Shown: positions 30,970-43,062, numbered from the stretch's first letter. The stretch is 64,000 nt of DNA from Thermoanaerobaculia bacterium (GCA_963664405.1 OY761158.1:736001-800000), one strand, 5' to 3'. Translations and numbers: made by a program. The notes: a model not told the origin generated them from the sequence alone.

Positions 30970-31604
30970 GGATGGGCCGCCGGGTGGCCGTCGGCGAGAC
31001 ATTCGAGGTGATCGTCAGGCGTGATCGCCTGGTCGTCGTGACCGCACTGACGGCGGTGATCGCGCTGGCATGGGTGTATCTGCTGGCCGGCGCCGGGATG
31101 GGCATGTCCGCGGTTGAGATGACCCGCCTGTCGCAGAGCGGGATGGCGGGAGGCATGGCGACGATGACGCCCGCGGTCTGGACGCCCGGCTATGCAGTCG
31201 TGATGTTCTTCATGTGGTGGCGATGATGCTGCCCAGCGCGGCGCCGATGATCCTGCTGTTCTCCGCCGTGAATCGCCGCCAGCGCGAGCGCGGCGACCCG
31301 TTTGTGCCGACTGGCGCCTTCGCCGTCGGCTACCTCGCCGCCTGGGCCGGCTTTTCTTTTTTCGCTGCCGCTGGGCTGCACTGGGCGTTCGAGCAGGCCG
31401 GCCTATTGTCTGGGGTGCTGCTGGTTCCTAATGGCGTTGTTGTTCTATGGCGAAGTTATGAACCTCTATTGGATCGGCGGGCTAGCGCTATACGTGCTGT
31501 TGGAGAAGACCATCCCATTCGGCCACTGGCTAGGCTCGACCACTGGTGTTGCTCTGCTGCTTGGCGGTGTCGTGATGTTGTTCGGCGTTATCGTTCCGCT
31601 TTAA
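30966..31604 (+). pseudogene. DUF2182 (metal-binding membrane protein) pseudogene
   Basis: FMWW / AMMLPSAAP / YCLGCCWFLMALLF motifs fall in three frames; frameshift plus internal deletion. Confidence 0.8.
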
Positions 31605-31726
31605 TCAAGCGGAGGGGGAGAATCCTATGGCATGGCGAGTGTCAAGGTGGATCGCGACACGACGAACTCGGCTGATTGTCATGAGGGTGATCGAGTCAGG
31701 TGCGACTCCGGCAGCACGGACTGAAG

Positions 31727-31753
31727 TGTCGTCTTTTCTGGCGAACCACGACA
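31727..31753 (+). repeat. Single box
   Basis: TGTCGtcttttctGGCGaaccaCGACA. Confidence 0.85.
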
Positions 31754-31772
31754 CCTTCCCCGCCGAGGCAAG

Positions 31773-32126
31773 CTAGTCCCCTGTCTTCTCCTTCGACCCC
31801 CGACGCTTCCGCGTCCGCCGGCCGACGAGCGCACCGAGGGCCGAACCGGGAAGAAAGAGTAGGCTGCCGATGCCGGTCGTGATGGCCCCAAGAAGCAGCC
31901 ATCCCCTGTCAAGACCCGGCAGGACCGCCAGTCCTATCACCTGGCCTGACCAGGCTCCGGGGAAGACGAGCAGCCAATGGCGGGGGAAGGCGTAGCCCAC
32001 CACGGCCGCGCCGATCACCGAGGTGAGCGTGTAGTACGTGATCTCGGCATCCCAGGGCTCTGCACGACCGGTGATCAACGGTGAAGCGGCCCAAATACCA
32101 AAGCCCAACGCGGAACTGAAGGACAT
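31773..32126 (-). CDS. Small membrane hypothetical protein
   Basis: Hydrophobic ORF with EPWDA motif; start uncertain. Confidence 0.55.
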   Translation of the reverse strand: MSFSSALGFGIWAASPLITGRAEPWDAEITYYTLTSVIGAAVVGYAFPRHWLLVFPGAWSGQVIGLAVLPGLDRGWLLLGAITTGIGSLLFLPGSALGALVGRRTRKRRGSKEKTGD

Positions 32127-32155
32127 CGGTGCCAACCCTCGAGGAAGGGATCCCT

Positions 32156-32455
32156 TCACGACTCCCGAGCCTCCTTGATTCTCACGAGGAGAACCGCCAC
32201 GACCCAGGCGACAAAGCACCAGACTGCGACCACGAGCCCAACGGCAAACGGGGTCTCTGGTTCCGGCCCGAAGTCAGTGATGCCGAAGTGGTTCGGAAGA
32301 AAGAAGGAAAAGGGCACCGCGGCCAAGCTCCAAACGACGAGAGGCAACAGAGCAAGAATCCCGAGGGGACCAGCGTGAATCAGTACCGGTGGAGAATTGA
32401 AGGCGATCGCCAGAAAGAGAGTCAGCCAAAGGGTCCGGTGAACTATACGGGACAT
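32156..32455 (-). CDS. Small membrane hypothetical protein
   Basis: 99-aa hydrophobic ORF. Confidence 0.5.
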   Translation of the reverse strand: MSRIVHRTLWLTLFLAIAFNSPPVLIHAGPLGILALLPLVVWSLAAVPFSFFLPNHFGITDFGPEPETPFAVGLVVAVWCFVAWVVAVLLVRIKEARES

Positions 32456-32556
32456 GACGAACTGGTTTTCGTGACTCGGGAATGCTCCCGGAGACTCGAG
32501 TGTACTCCTGAGGTATCCATACGGAGCCGACTCAGGAGGTACTCTGCCTCGTGGGG

Positions 32557-32583
32557 TGTCGTGATTCCTGGCGAATTGCGACA
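32557..32583 (+). repeat. Single box
   Basis: TGTCGtgattcctGGCGaattgCGACA. Confidence 0.85.
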
Positions 32584-32633
32584 GGGTCCCAAGCTCCTTG
32601 CACGAAACGATAGAGACACGCAGAGGACCGCGA

Positions 32634-33608
32634 TCAACCGGCGACAGAATCGTGCAGCGGAGAGGCGAGAGCCAGCCTCTTGAGGTGCACCAGCGGCCCC
32701 TCGTCGGTCAGGCTGCGAAAGAGCGGACGGGCCGTGGCCAGAGCCGCCTGTCTCGCCGAGACCGCTTGCTCCACTAGGCGACCCAGCGCGACGAACGTCG
32801 TGGAATCCGCACCCTCGAGTCGAGTCGCCAGAGGCCGGAGGAGTCGGATGTGGCATGCGGCATCGTGGTAGTCCCCGAGAGTTTCCTGCAGTCGCTTCAG
32901 GTCGCGCATCAGGGGCTCGATCTCCCGCGTGGAGTACAGGGGACCGAAAGACTGAACTAGGTAGCGCCAGCGTTTGCCGGCTATTCGGAAACGGTGGACC
33001 GAGCTCGCCTTCTCGTCCTTCAAGGCTCGCTCGCCGCGTTTTCTGGCCCTCTTCAAAGCCTTCCCCAGGCAGAGTCGCGCCTGGGTCCCGACGTGCCGAG
33101 CCCCCAGGGTGCCCGACGGTGCTCTCTCCGTCCCCTCCGCCAGCGCCTGCCAGCGGTCGAGGAGACATCCCAACCGTTTCGACTCGAACCCTCGACGAAC
33201 TTTCGTGCGCTCGTCCCCCCGCCGCTCTTCAAGAATTGCGAGGACCGGCCCTAGCGCCTTCTGCTCGGGCGCCGAGAACGACCCGGCCGCCTGATGGAGA
33301 GCGCGGATCTGAACATCGAGGTCCCGCGAGGGGCTCGTGAGGCGACCTAGCCAACGCAACTCGCTGGCGAGAATCTCGACGCCCGCATCGGGAAGGGCGT
33401 CCGCGAGGTCTGACAGAAGCGAGCGTGCCCACCGAACCACGACGCGGAATCTGTGCAGCTCCCGAGCCTCTCCTCTGCAGGCCCCCGGCTCGACCTTGAT
33501 CAGAGCCCAGCGAAGGTGATCGAGCTCCCGCCGCATGGCTGCATCCATCCGCATGGACGGATGGAGTCGGTAGCCCGGACGGGAAGCTGAGAGTCGGGTG
33601 TGGGACAT
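32634..33608 (-). CDS. CHAD domain protein
   Basis: LHRFRV..R, RDLDV, HRFRIAGKRWRY, LQETLGDYHD. Confidence 0.85.
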   Translation of the reverse strand: MSHTRLSASRPGYRLHPSMRMDAAMRRELDHLRWALIKVEPGACRGEARELHRFRVVVRWARSLLSDLADALPDAGVEILASELRWLGRLTSPSRDLDVQIRALHQAAGSFSAPEQKALGPVLAILEERRGDERTKVRRGFESKRLGCLLDRWQALAEGTERAPSGTLGARHVGTQARLCLGKALKRARKRGERALKDEKASSVHRFRIAGKRWRYLVQSFGPLYSTREIEPLMRDLKRLQETLGDYHDAACHIRLLRPLATRLEGADSTTFVALGRLVEQAVSARQAALATARPLFRSLTDEGPLVHLKRLALASPLHDSVAG

Positions 33609-33750
33609 GGTCGTCACCTCTTCGGAACCCCCGAACAGGCGACTTGCCACCCTAACAGACCCAGAAGATGTGCGCGGGTGGGCGACTTCCTCACGCTCCT
33701 GCCAGGCCTCCGATCTCCCGCTGAGGACTCGCGTAGTACCCGATTGGCGT

Positions 33751-33902
33751 TGTCGCACTTCGTGGCGGTTCGCGACAAGAATAGCCGAACCTCGATAGAA
33801 CGCCGAAGTCGGCGAATTGTCGTAGTTCCTGGTGCTTTGCGACATCACAATTCGAGCTCTGAGCCGCTGATCCACCGGGCGACTGTAAGATGTTGCCAAC
33901 TC
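33751..33902 (+). repeat. Full repeat unit
   Basis: Boxes at 33751 and 33818; conserved leader. Confidence 0.92.
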
Positions 33903-34181
33903 ATGGCTCTAGAACCAGGCTCCCGCCTCGGTCCCTACGAGATCGTCGAGCTGCGCGGCAAGGGCGGCATGGGAGAGGTGTACCGGGCCCGAGACACCCG
34001 TTTGGATCGGGACGTGGCGGTCAAGGTCCTTCCCACCGAACTGAGCGAAGACGAGACCTACCGCAAGCGCCTGGAGCGGGAGGCGAAGACGATCTCGCAG
34101 CTCCATAATGGCTTGGCTAAGCCGAAGTGGGTTGCGAGGTACAACAAGAAGCTCGCCAAGCAGGCGACGAAGGGACGGTAG
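33903..34181 (+). pseudogene. Kinase 5' stub (~67 kinase codons, kinase-3 type) fused to unrelated sequence
   Basis: MALEPGSRLGPYEIVELRGKGGMGEVY...REAKTISQL, then a non-kinase tail. Confidence 0.88.
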
Positions 34182-34456
34182 AGGGTAACACCGTGAAACT
34201 AGTTGGGCAGCGTCTGACTGCAGCAGTCCGGCTTCTTTCAGGAATGATCAGTGGTCGTCACCTGAACGTCAAGGTCGACGTATCCCCTGCGGTCGGGGAG
34301 AATCTCTGGGAATTCGAGGACGCAAGGGACGACCTTGGCCGATTTCCGATAAGCCTCGTAATGAAACTCATAGACGGAGGGCTGCTCGAAAAGGATCTCG
34401 AGAGCGGCAACCTGTTTATCACTGACGAAGGGAGGCGCTGGCTAGGGGAGCCGTAG
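34127..34456 (+). CDS. Hypothetical protein (winged-helix-like C-terminus possible)
   Basis: LIDGGLLEK...FITDEGRRWL; start uncertain. Confidence 0.4.
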   Translation: MGCEVQQEARQAGDEGTVEGNTVKLVGQRLTAAVRLLSGMISGRHLNVKVDVSPAVGENLWEFEDARDDLGRFPISLVMKLIDGGLLEKDLESGNLFITDEGRRWLGEP

Positions 34457-34551
34457 GGTGCGGTGCCGATGCGGCACGCGCGCAAGCCCCGAATCAGATC
34501 CACGCTCTGGTCACCAATGGACCCGATGGCCTTCGCAGTCGCGTCAAGGGC

Positions 34552-34821
34552 TTGTCGCTTCTCCGACTCGCAGCACGGGCCCGACGGTGGCGTGCAGGCG
34601 ACATTGAGGATCCCCTGAATGATCCCGAATGGGTTGACGACCGCAGGAGAGTCCTCGCTGAGACTGGGGAGAGACTTCTGGCCATGTGGAAGAACAACCA
34701 CGCCTTCACAGTTAGTATGGGTTCATCCAGCGAAGACGTTTGGCGACTATTCAAGTCGGGCAAGTACTCCGACGGAGAGATCGTCGAGAAGTTGAGAGCT
34801 TGTGTTCTAGAGCCGCCGTAA
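34552..34821 (+). CDS. Hypothetical protein or fragment
   Basis: Protein-like ORF ending 8 nt before a repeat box. Confidence 0.35.
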   Translation: MSLLRLAARARRWRAGDIEDPLNDPEWVDDRRRVLAETGERLLAMWKNNHAFTVSMGSSSEDVWRLFKSGKYSDGEIVEKLRACVLEPP

Positions 34822-34828
34822 ATCCGGT

Positions 34829-34918
34829 TGTCGCAATATCTGGCGAAGCCCGACACGAATACATCGAACCGAAAGGGGCCAACGAGAAGCGGGATGTAGC
34901 AGCTTTCGACGGGAGACA
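34829..34918 (+). repeat. Box A + degenerate linker and box B
   Basis: TGTCGcaatatctGGCGaagccCGACA; TGTAG 66 nt downstream. Confidence 0.8.
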
Positions 34919-35142
34919 ACGCACCGGCGAGCCCCCCGAAAACCAGCAGCTGGGATAGAATGGACGATCCACGGCCCACGATGGGAGCCCCACCTCGGAG
35001 GGGCCTCCTGGAAGCGGGCGACGTGCCCCCACAAAGCCGGTGCTCGAAGGGGGCGTCAATCTTCGAGAGTCTACGCACGGAGCGGGGGCGGGACTGCAGG
35101 CCCGCGAAATGCCCGAGAGCCTACTAGCCCAGGAGTACGAAT

Positions 35143-36837
<1,695 letters not shown>

Positions 36838-36860
36838 GAGAGTCGGCGCCATCGGAAGCC

Positions 36861-37012
36861 TGTCGCAAAATGTGGCGGTCTGCGACACGAATAGCCAGCT
36901 CCACATAGACCTCACAGAGCGGATTTGTCGCCTTTTGTGGTGCCTTGCGACAGCACAGATCGAGCTCTGAGCCGCTGATCCACCGGGCGACGGGTATGAT
37001 GTCGCCAAGTCA
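36861..37012 (+). repeat. Full repeat unit
   Basis: Boxes at 36861 and 36926; leader with TATGAT. Confidence 0.92.
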
Positions 37013-39682
37013 ATGGCTCTAGAAGTTGGCACTCGCCTCGGCCACTACGAAGTGCTCTCCTCCCTCGGTGCAGGAGGCATGGGAGAAGTGTATCGAGCGA
37101 AGGACACGAAGCTCGGTCGCGAGGTAGCAGTCAAGCTCCTGCTCGACGAGGTCTCTTCTGACCCGGAGCGTCTAGCTCGCTTCGAGCGCGAGGCGCGGGT
37201 TCTGGCCTCGCTCAACCACAAGAACATCGCCAGCCTCCACGCCTTCGAGCGTGAGGGTGACACGGGCTTCCTGGTCATGGAACTGGTCGAGGGCGAGACT
37301 CTGGCCGATCGGATCGCTCACGGCCCGATTCCCGTCGAGGAGGCGATCCCTCTGTTTCTCCAAATCGCCGAGGGGCTTGAGGCAGCGCACGAGAAGGGAG
37401 TGATCCACCGGGATCTCAAACCCGCGAACATCAAGGTCACCGACGACGGCAACGTCAAGATTCTTGACTTCGGTCTGGCCAAGGCAATGGCCCCGGCGAC
37501 GGGGCCGGAGAGCGACCCTTCGGAATCGCCCACGCTGACCCAGGCGGCCACGCTCCGAGGCCAGATCCTCGGCACGGCGGCCTACATGTCGCCTGAGCAA
37601 GCCAAGGGGAAAGAGGTCGATAGAAGGGCCGACGTCTGGGCCTTCGGCGTGTGTCTCTACGAGGCGCTGACGGGATCGAGGGCGTTCCGCGGCGACGATG
37701 CCGCCGACACGCTGGCAGCGGTGCTCAGAGCGGAGATCGACTGGGGCAAGCTCCCCCCGGCGACGCCGAGAGCGATCAGGAGACTGCTCCGACGGTGTTT
37801 GACGAAGGACCCGCGGGAGCGCCTTCACGACATCGCCGACGTTCGGATCGAGATCCGAGGAGTGCTCGAGCAGCCGGACATCGACGCGCCAGCCGGTGGC
37901 GAGGCGGCACCAGCCCGGCGTCAGGTATCGGCGGTCCTTGCCGGAGCACTCGCCCTCCTGACTCTGGCGGCCGGTCTCGTCCTCGGCTTCGTCCTGGACC
38001 GGGGTGGGGAGGAGGACGCGGCCAGCGACGCTGCCTCGGCCGACACCTGGACGGTCACGGCTCTCGACCTCGAGGCAGCTCCGGGTCTGCCCTTCGTGCT
38101 CTCTCCGGACGGTCGGATGGTGGTCTTCATCCGTCGCGAGGGAGCCGAGACCAGCCTCTACCGGCGCTCTCTCGACTCCCTGGTCGCCGAGCGCATCTCC
38201 GGCAGCGACGGTGCCGTCTTCCCGATCTTCTCGCCCGACGGCCAGCAGCTTGCCTTCAGGGACGGCGGGGGCAGTTTGAAGACGCTTCCCGTGGAGGGTG
38301 GAGGCGCCAGCGCTCTGGTGGACGGGCTCCCCAATGTCTGGGGGCGCGATGGTTTCCTCTACTACACCCTTGGCCAAGGCTTCACCACGTCTCTTGAGCT
38401 ATGGCGGATTCCGGCGGGTGGGGGTGTCCCCGAGCAGGTGGGGCATGGCACCGGCGGAGCGCTTCTGCCGGGTGAACGGGTCGCCCTGGCCAACTTGAGA
38501 TCCGAGCGTCCGGACGGCTTCTGGAGCGATGTTCGGGCGGTGGACCTCGAGACTGGCGAGGAACGGGTTCTCCTCCCTGGGGCGGAGCCGTTCTATCTCG
38601 ACCCGGGGTTTTTGGTCTTCTATCGCGAGAGTGGACTGTGGGCGGCGCCGATCGATCCCGAGACCGCCGCCCTCCTCGGCCCAGCGCGTCAGGTCGAGAA
38701 CGGGGTGGCTCCGGTCCTCGTCGCTGGCGTCGATATCGGCAGCTTCTCGCTCGCAGACTCGGGCGACCTGCTCTACGTTCTCGGGAGTCACAGTTTGCCC
38801 CGCCTGGTCTGGGTGAGTCGGAACGGCCTGGATATCGAGGAGCTGGCGCCGGATCGCAAGTCTTTCGGGTTCCTGAATCCCTCCCTGGACTGGCGCCGGA
38901 TCGCGGTCAGCGCCCGCAACGACAGGGGGAACTACGAGCAGTGGATGCTCGACCTCGAGACCGGCTCCTGGACCCGCCCGACCCAGGAGGGGAATCGCAA
39001 CACTGGCGCGATGTGGGTGCCGCCCGACGGCCAGGAGATCGTCTTCATGTCGGATCGCTTCGAGGGGCGCTTTCAGATCTACATCCAGCCCGCCGATCGC
39101 GGGGCCCCGGCGGAGCGTCTCGTACCGTCGGAGCACGAACAGGCACCGCTGGATTTCTCCCCGGACGGGCGCTACCTGCTCTACACGAACCTCGATGTCC
39201 CCGGACTCTGGGTCTTCGACCGGGAGAGCGGGGAGTCCGAGACCCTCCTCGAAGGGAACTTGGTCCACGCCGCCCGCTTCCACCCCACCGGACGTTGGAT
39301 CACCTACTCGATGGTCGTTCAGGGCGAGGAGAACGTCTGGATCCGGCCCTTCCCCGGTGCCGGCGAGCCGCGCCAGCTCACCTCCGACGGCGGCCAGGAG
39401 CCCGATTTCTCCCCCGAAGGCAGCGAGATCCTCTACCGCAGCCCGACCCACATGATGACGCTCCCGATCGAGATCTCCGGCGAGGATCTCGTCACCCGGC
39501 GTCCCGAGCCACTCTTCGAGGATGATTACCTGCGCTTGGGAGGGCGCTTCCAGAACTACGCCGTCCACCCCGACGGTCGCTTCCTCATGATCCAGGCGGC
39601 AGAGGCCGAGGAGGAGCGTCTAGTCTTGGTCCAGAACTGGCGGGCCAAGGTGCTCGAGATGTTCTCCGAGGGGGGCTCGTGA
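37013..39682 (+). CDS. Ser/Thr protein kinase 4 (kinase-1-like catalytic domain + kinase-3-like propeller)
   Basis: Kinase motifs; direct comparison with the 17062 and 23708 ORFs. Confidence 0.95.
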   Translation: MALEVGTRLGHYEVLSSLGAGGMGEVYRAKDTKLGREVAVKLLLDEVSSDPERLARFEREARVLASLNHKNIASLHAFEREGDTGFLVMELVEGETLADRIAHGPIPVEEAIPLFLQIAEGLEAAHEKGVIHRDLKPANIKVTDDGNVKILDFGLAKAMAPATGPESDPSESPTLTQAATLRGQILGTAAYMSPEQAKGKEVDRRADVWAFGVCLYEALTGSRAFRGDDAADTLAAVLRAEIDWGKLPPATPRAIRRLLRRCLTKDPRERLHDIADVRIEIRGVLEQPDIDAPAGGEAAPARRQVSAVLAGALALLTLAAGLVLGFVLDRGGEEDAASDAASADTWTVTALDLEAAPGLPFVLSPDGRMVVFIRREGAETSLYRRSLDSLVAERISGSDGAVFPIFSPDGQQLAFRDGGGSLKTLPVEGGGASALVDGLPNVWGRDGFLYYTLGQGFTTSLELWRIPAGGGVPEQVGHGTGGALLPGERVALANLRSERPDGFWSDVRAVDLETGEERVLLPGAEPFYLDPGFLVFYRESGLWAAPIDPETAALLGPARQVENGVAPVLVAGVDIGSFSLADSGDLLYVLGSHSLPRLVWVSRNGLDIEELAPDRKSFGFLNPSLDWRRIAVSARNDRGNYEQWMLDLETGSWTRPTQEGNRNTGAMWVPPDGQEIVFMSDRFEGRFQIYIQPADRGAPAERLVPSEHEQAPLDFSPDGRYLLYTNLDVPGLWVFDRESGESETLLEGNLVHAARFHPTGRWITYSMVVQGEENVWIRPFPGAGEPRQLTSDGGQEPDFSPEGSEILYRSPTHMMTLPIEISGEDLVTRRPEPLFEDDYLRLGGRFQNYAVHPDGRFLMIQAAEAEEERLVLVQNWRAKVLEMFSEGGS

Positions 39683-39694
39683 GACGGTTGGTCG

Positions 39695-39787
39695 TGTCGC
39701 CCTTGGTGGCGCACTGCGACACAGATAGCCGGAAGCAGATAAGCCGCCGCGCAGAGGGGCTGTCGTGAAATTCGGTGGAAGGTGACA
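39695..39787 (+). repeat. Box A + linker + box B (no kinase leader)
   Basis: Boxes at 39695 and 39761; ATAGC..ATAAG. Confidence 0.88.
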
Positions 39788-39826
39788 ACAGCCACAGAGG
39801 TTCTCGGCGCCAACTAGAATGCTTGC

Positions 39827-41827
39827 ATGAGCCTCGACATCTTTCTAAGCGAGGTGGTGGTGCTTCTGGCGTCGGCCGTCGTCGTGATGCTGGTCAGCGT
39901 GCGGCTCCACGTGCCGCCCATCGTGGCGCTGCTCGCTACGGGCGTCCTCATCGGCCCACACGGGCTCGGCTGGATCTCAAGTGTGCGCGAGGTCGAGCTC
40001 TTCGCGGAGGTGGGCGTCGCCCTACTACTCTTCACCATCGGTCTGGAGGTGTCGATCGATCGCCTGCGCAAGCTGCGCCGGGCACTCCTGCTCGGCGGCT
40101 CGGTGCAGGTTTCGCTGACGACCGTCGTCGTGACCGGCGTCGCTGCTGTCGGGCTGGGTCTGCCCTGGCTCCACGCTCTGTTCATAGGGTGGGTGGTCTC
40201 GCTTTCGAGCACCGCTCTTGTGCTCAAGCTGCTCAGCGATCGGCGCGAGACCGAGACGCCGCACGGTCAGCTCGCTCTTGCCATCCTGCTCTTCCAGGAC
40301 TTTCTGATCGTGCCGATGATCGTCTTGACTCCTTTCCTGGCAGGCACCCTCGGATTCTCGATTGGCGCGTTCCTGGGCCGTCTCGCGGGGGCGGTGGCCG
40401 CCCTCGCTGTCGTCTTTCTTATCGGGCGCCGGCTCTTGCCGCGGCTCCTCGAGGTCGTCGTGCGCTCTGGCGCGCGCGAGGTCTTGCCGCTAGGGGCCCT
40501 GGCGCTCTGCCTCGGCATAGGCTGGCTCACCCATTCGTTTGGGTTCTCGCTCGCCATCGGCTCCTTCCTGGCGGGCGTTCTGCTCGCGGGCAGCCTCTAC
40601 TCTCACCAGGTAATCGCTGACATCGCACCGTTCCGGGATCTGTTCTCGAGTATCTTCTTCATCTCGATCGGGATGCTCCTAGACGTGGGGTGGGTCGCGG
40701 CGCGTCCGGGCACGGTGATCGCGGTAGCGGCAGGCATGATCGCACTGAAGATCGTTACGGCGGGCGCCGCCGTGGCAGTTCTAGGGTATCCCGTACGGAC
40801 CGTGGTGCTCTCCGCACTCGCACTCGCCCAAGTCGGCGAGTTCTCGTTCGTTCTGATGGAAGTGGGCCTGGAGAACGGCCTGCTGATCGGTGGACGCTTT
40901 CAGCTGCTCCTGGCGGCGGCGGTCGTGACGCTGCTGGCGACGCCGGTAGTTGTGACAGTCTCGCACCGGCTTTCGGCCTGGCTGGGCGGTCTAGTTCCGT
41001 CACGTCGCGCAACGGCGACCCAGCAGCCCACTGAGGGCGAGGAATCGGATCACGTAATCATCGTGGGCTTCGGCGTCGGAGGGCGGCTGCTGGCCCGCGT
41101 TCTGCGGGAGGGAGGCATTCCCTACATCGTGGTCGAACTCAGCGGCGAGCTCGTACGCTCCGGGCGACGCGAGGATGAGCCCATGCTGTACGGCGACACG
41201 ACGCGCGAGGAGATTCTTCGGCGCGCCGGAATCGAGCGAGCGAACGTAGTGGCTTTCGCCATCTCCGACATAGCCGCTGTGCTCCTAGGGGTGAGGCTCG
41301 CGCGGCGGCTGGCCCCTGGCGCGCAGATCATCGTGCGAACCCGCCTGGTGAGCGAAATCGAAGGGCTGCGGGCGGCAGGTGCCGATCAGGTCGTGGCGGA
41401 GGAGTTCGAGACCGCGATCGAGGTCTTCACGCGCGTGCTGGAGCGCTACCATGTGCCACGCAATATCGTCCGAGCGCAGACTCGCGTGCTGCGGGGCGAG
41501 GGCTATCGCATGCTGCGCTCTTCGTCGCTCGATCGCACGGTCTCGCAAGCCGTACTCGACGCCCTCGCCGCGGGCACTACCGACGTCTACCTGCTCAACT
41601 CCGACACTGTCGTGCGGGGCCGGAGCCTGCGCGAGCTCGATTTGCGCCAGCGCACCGGGGCCACTGTCATAGCGGTCGTGCGCGACGGCTTGTCGCAACT
41701 CAACCCCGAGCCAGACCTCTCCCTCGAGCCGGGCGACAGCCTGGTGCTGGTGGGCAGCCACCAGGAGATCGACGGCGCGTTCGACCTCCTGGCGAGCTTC
41801 GAGGAAGACCTCGAACGTCCTGAGTGA
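39827..41827 (+). CDS. CPA2/Kef-type cation:proton antiporter with TrkA-N and TrkA-C
   Basis: LLFTIGLE, SLSST, ILLFQD, QVGEFSFV, IIVGFG; TAGAAT 6 nt before ATG (leaderless). Confidence 0.92.
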   Translation: MSLDIFLSEVVVLLASAVVVMLVSVRLHVPPIVALLATGVLIGPHGLGWISSVREVELFAEVGVALLLFTIGLEVSIDRLRKLRRALLLGGSVQVSLTTVVVTGVAAVGLGLPWLHALFIGWVVSLSSTALVLKLLSDRRETETPHGQLALAILLFQDFLIVPMIVLTPFLAGTLGFSIGAFLGRLAGAVAALAVVFLIGRRLLPRLLEVVVRSGAREVLPLGALALCLGIGWLTHSFGFSLAIGSFLAGVLLAGSLYSHQVIADIAPFRDLFSSIFFISIGMLLDVGWVAARPGTVIAVAAGMIALKIVTAGAAVAVLGYPVRTVVLSALALAQVGEFSFVLMEVGLENGLLIGGRFQLLLAAAVVTLLATPVVVTVSHRLSAWLGGLVPSRRATATQQPTEGEESDHVIIVGFGVGGRLLARVLREGGIPYIVVELSGELVRSGRREDEPMLYGDTTREEILRRAGIERANVVAFAISDIAAVLLGVRLARRLAPGAQIIVRTRLVSEIEGLRAAGADQVVAEEFETAIEVFTRVLERYHVPRNIVRAQTRVLRGEGYRMLRSSSLDRTVSQAVLDALAAGTTDVYLLNSDTVVRGRSLRELDLRQRTGATVIAVVRDGLSQLNPEPDLSLEPGDSLVLVGSHQEIDGAFDLLASFEEDLERPE

Positions 41828-41866
41828 ATGGGGTTCTGTCGACCGACTACCGGCCGAAAGTGCTGA

Positions 41867-41937
41867 TGTCGCACTCTTCGGCGGCAAGCGACACGAATAG
41901 ATCGAACTGAATGGGCTTCCAGAACGCCGTGTTGTCG
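41867..41937 (+). repeat. Box A + half box B
   Basis: TGTCGcactcttcGGCGgcaagCGACAcgaATAG; TGTCG 66 nt downstream. Confidence 0.82.
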
Positions 41938-42095
41938 TCTCTCTTGGTAGGTGATCCTGCTCGGCTGTCATCGAGTGACCTACGGTCCTTCTACACTTCT
42001 GCGATCTTCACCATGATGTGCGGGCGTAAACGGGCGTCACTATAGACTCGACCGCCCAGAGGTAGGCCGCTCGGGACAGGAGAAGCGCATCTGCC

Positions 42096-42461
42096 ATGCT
42101 GCGAATGAGCGTCGAGCAGTTCGAAGAGGTCGTGGCGGAGGCGCTCGGGGAGATTCCCGCGGACCTGGCCGAACGCATCGAGAACGTCACCGTGATGGTC
42201 GAGGGCGAGCCCCAGCGCGAGCTGCTCGTAGATCTCGGCATGGACCCGGACGAGGACCTCCTCTTTGGCCTCTACGAAGGCGTTGCTCTACCAGAGCGCG
42301 ACACGAACTACGCGGGCACCCTGCCCGACCGCATCCTCATCTATCGACTGCCGTTGCTCAAGGCCTGTGAGACCCGCGGTGAGCTGCGGCGCGAGATCCG
42401 GCTGACAGTGATCCACGAGCTCGGGCACTACTTCGGCCTCGAGGAGGAAGAGCTCCCCTGA
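42096..42461 (+). CDS. Zincin-like metallopeptidase (Zincin_1/DUF1025)
   Basis: LFGLYEG, PDRILIYR, HELGHYFG. Confidence 0.88.
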   Translation: MLRMSVEQFEEVVAEALGEIPADLAERIENVTVMVEGEPQRELLVDLGMDPDEDLLFGLYEGVALPERDTNYAGTLPDRILIYRLPLLKACETRGELRREIRLTVIHELGHYFGLEEEELP

Positions 42462-42525
42462 GGGTTGAGGGACAGGTGCGCGGAGCTTGGCAGCTCAGGC
42501 TTCAGCCGAAAAACGTCAGGCAGCG

Positions 42526-42552
42526 TGTCGCACTTGGTGGCGAAGGGCGACA
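42526..42552 (+). repeat. Single box
   Basis: TGTCGcacttggtGGCGaagggCGACA. Confidence 0.85.
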
Positions 42553-42681
42553 GCACGAAAGCGGGCTTCTGCGCGTTGCCGGTAGAATGTCGCTCACTGG
42601 TGCCCACAGACTGAGAGATGTCTTCTGCTGAGATTCAGGATTTCCTCTACCCTCATCCTGGCGGTCCACGCGGTCGTCGCC

Positions 42682-43062
42682 GTGGTACACGACTTGGCAC
42701 ACCGCGACCTAGGCATCGAGCTGACCGAGGCCCAAACCACCTACATCAACCTGATCATCGTCGCGGCACCCGTCGTCGCTGTCATTCTCGTGTGGACAAG
42801 GTTCAAGACGGCTGGGGCCATACTCTTCGCTTTCGCCATGGCCGGCTCCCTTCTCTTTGGCCTCTACAATCACTACCTTCTCGTATCGCCCGACCACGTG
42901 TCCTACCTACCCGACGGCGATCTCCAGTCTGCCTTCCGGATCACCGCTTCGCTCCTGGCGCTCCTCGAGGCTCTGGGAGTGGCAGTTGGAATCTGGGGGG
43001 TCATTCTCGGCCGGGGCTCCGAAGGCAAAGGACCTGGAGTGCCGAGCGCGAGCGTGTCGTGA
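42682..43062 (+). CDS. Membrane hypothetical protein
   Basis: TM segments, HY..SPDHV motif; true start may lie ~55 nt upstream. Confidence 0.6.
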   Translation: MVHDLAHRDLGIELTEAQTTYINLIIVAAPVVAVILVWTRFKTAGAILFAFAMAGSLLFGLYNHYLLVSPDHVSYLPDGDLQSAFRITASLLALLEALGVAVGIWGVILGRGSEGKGPGVPSASVS

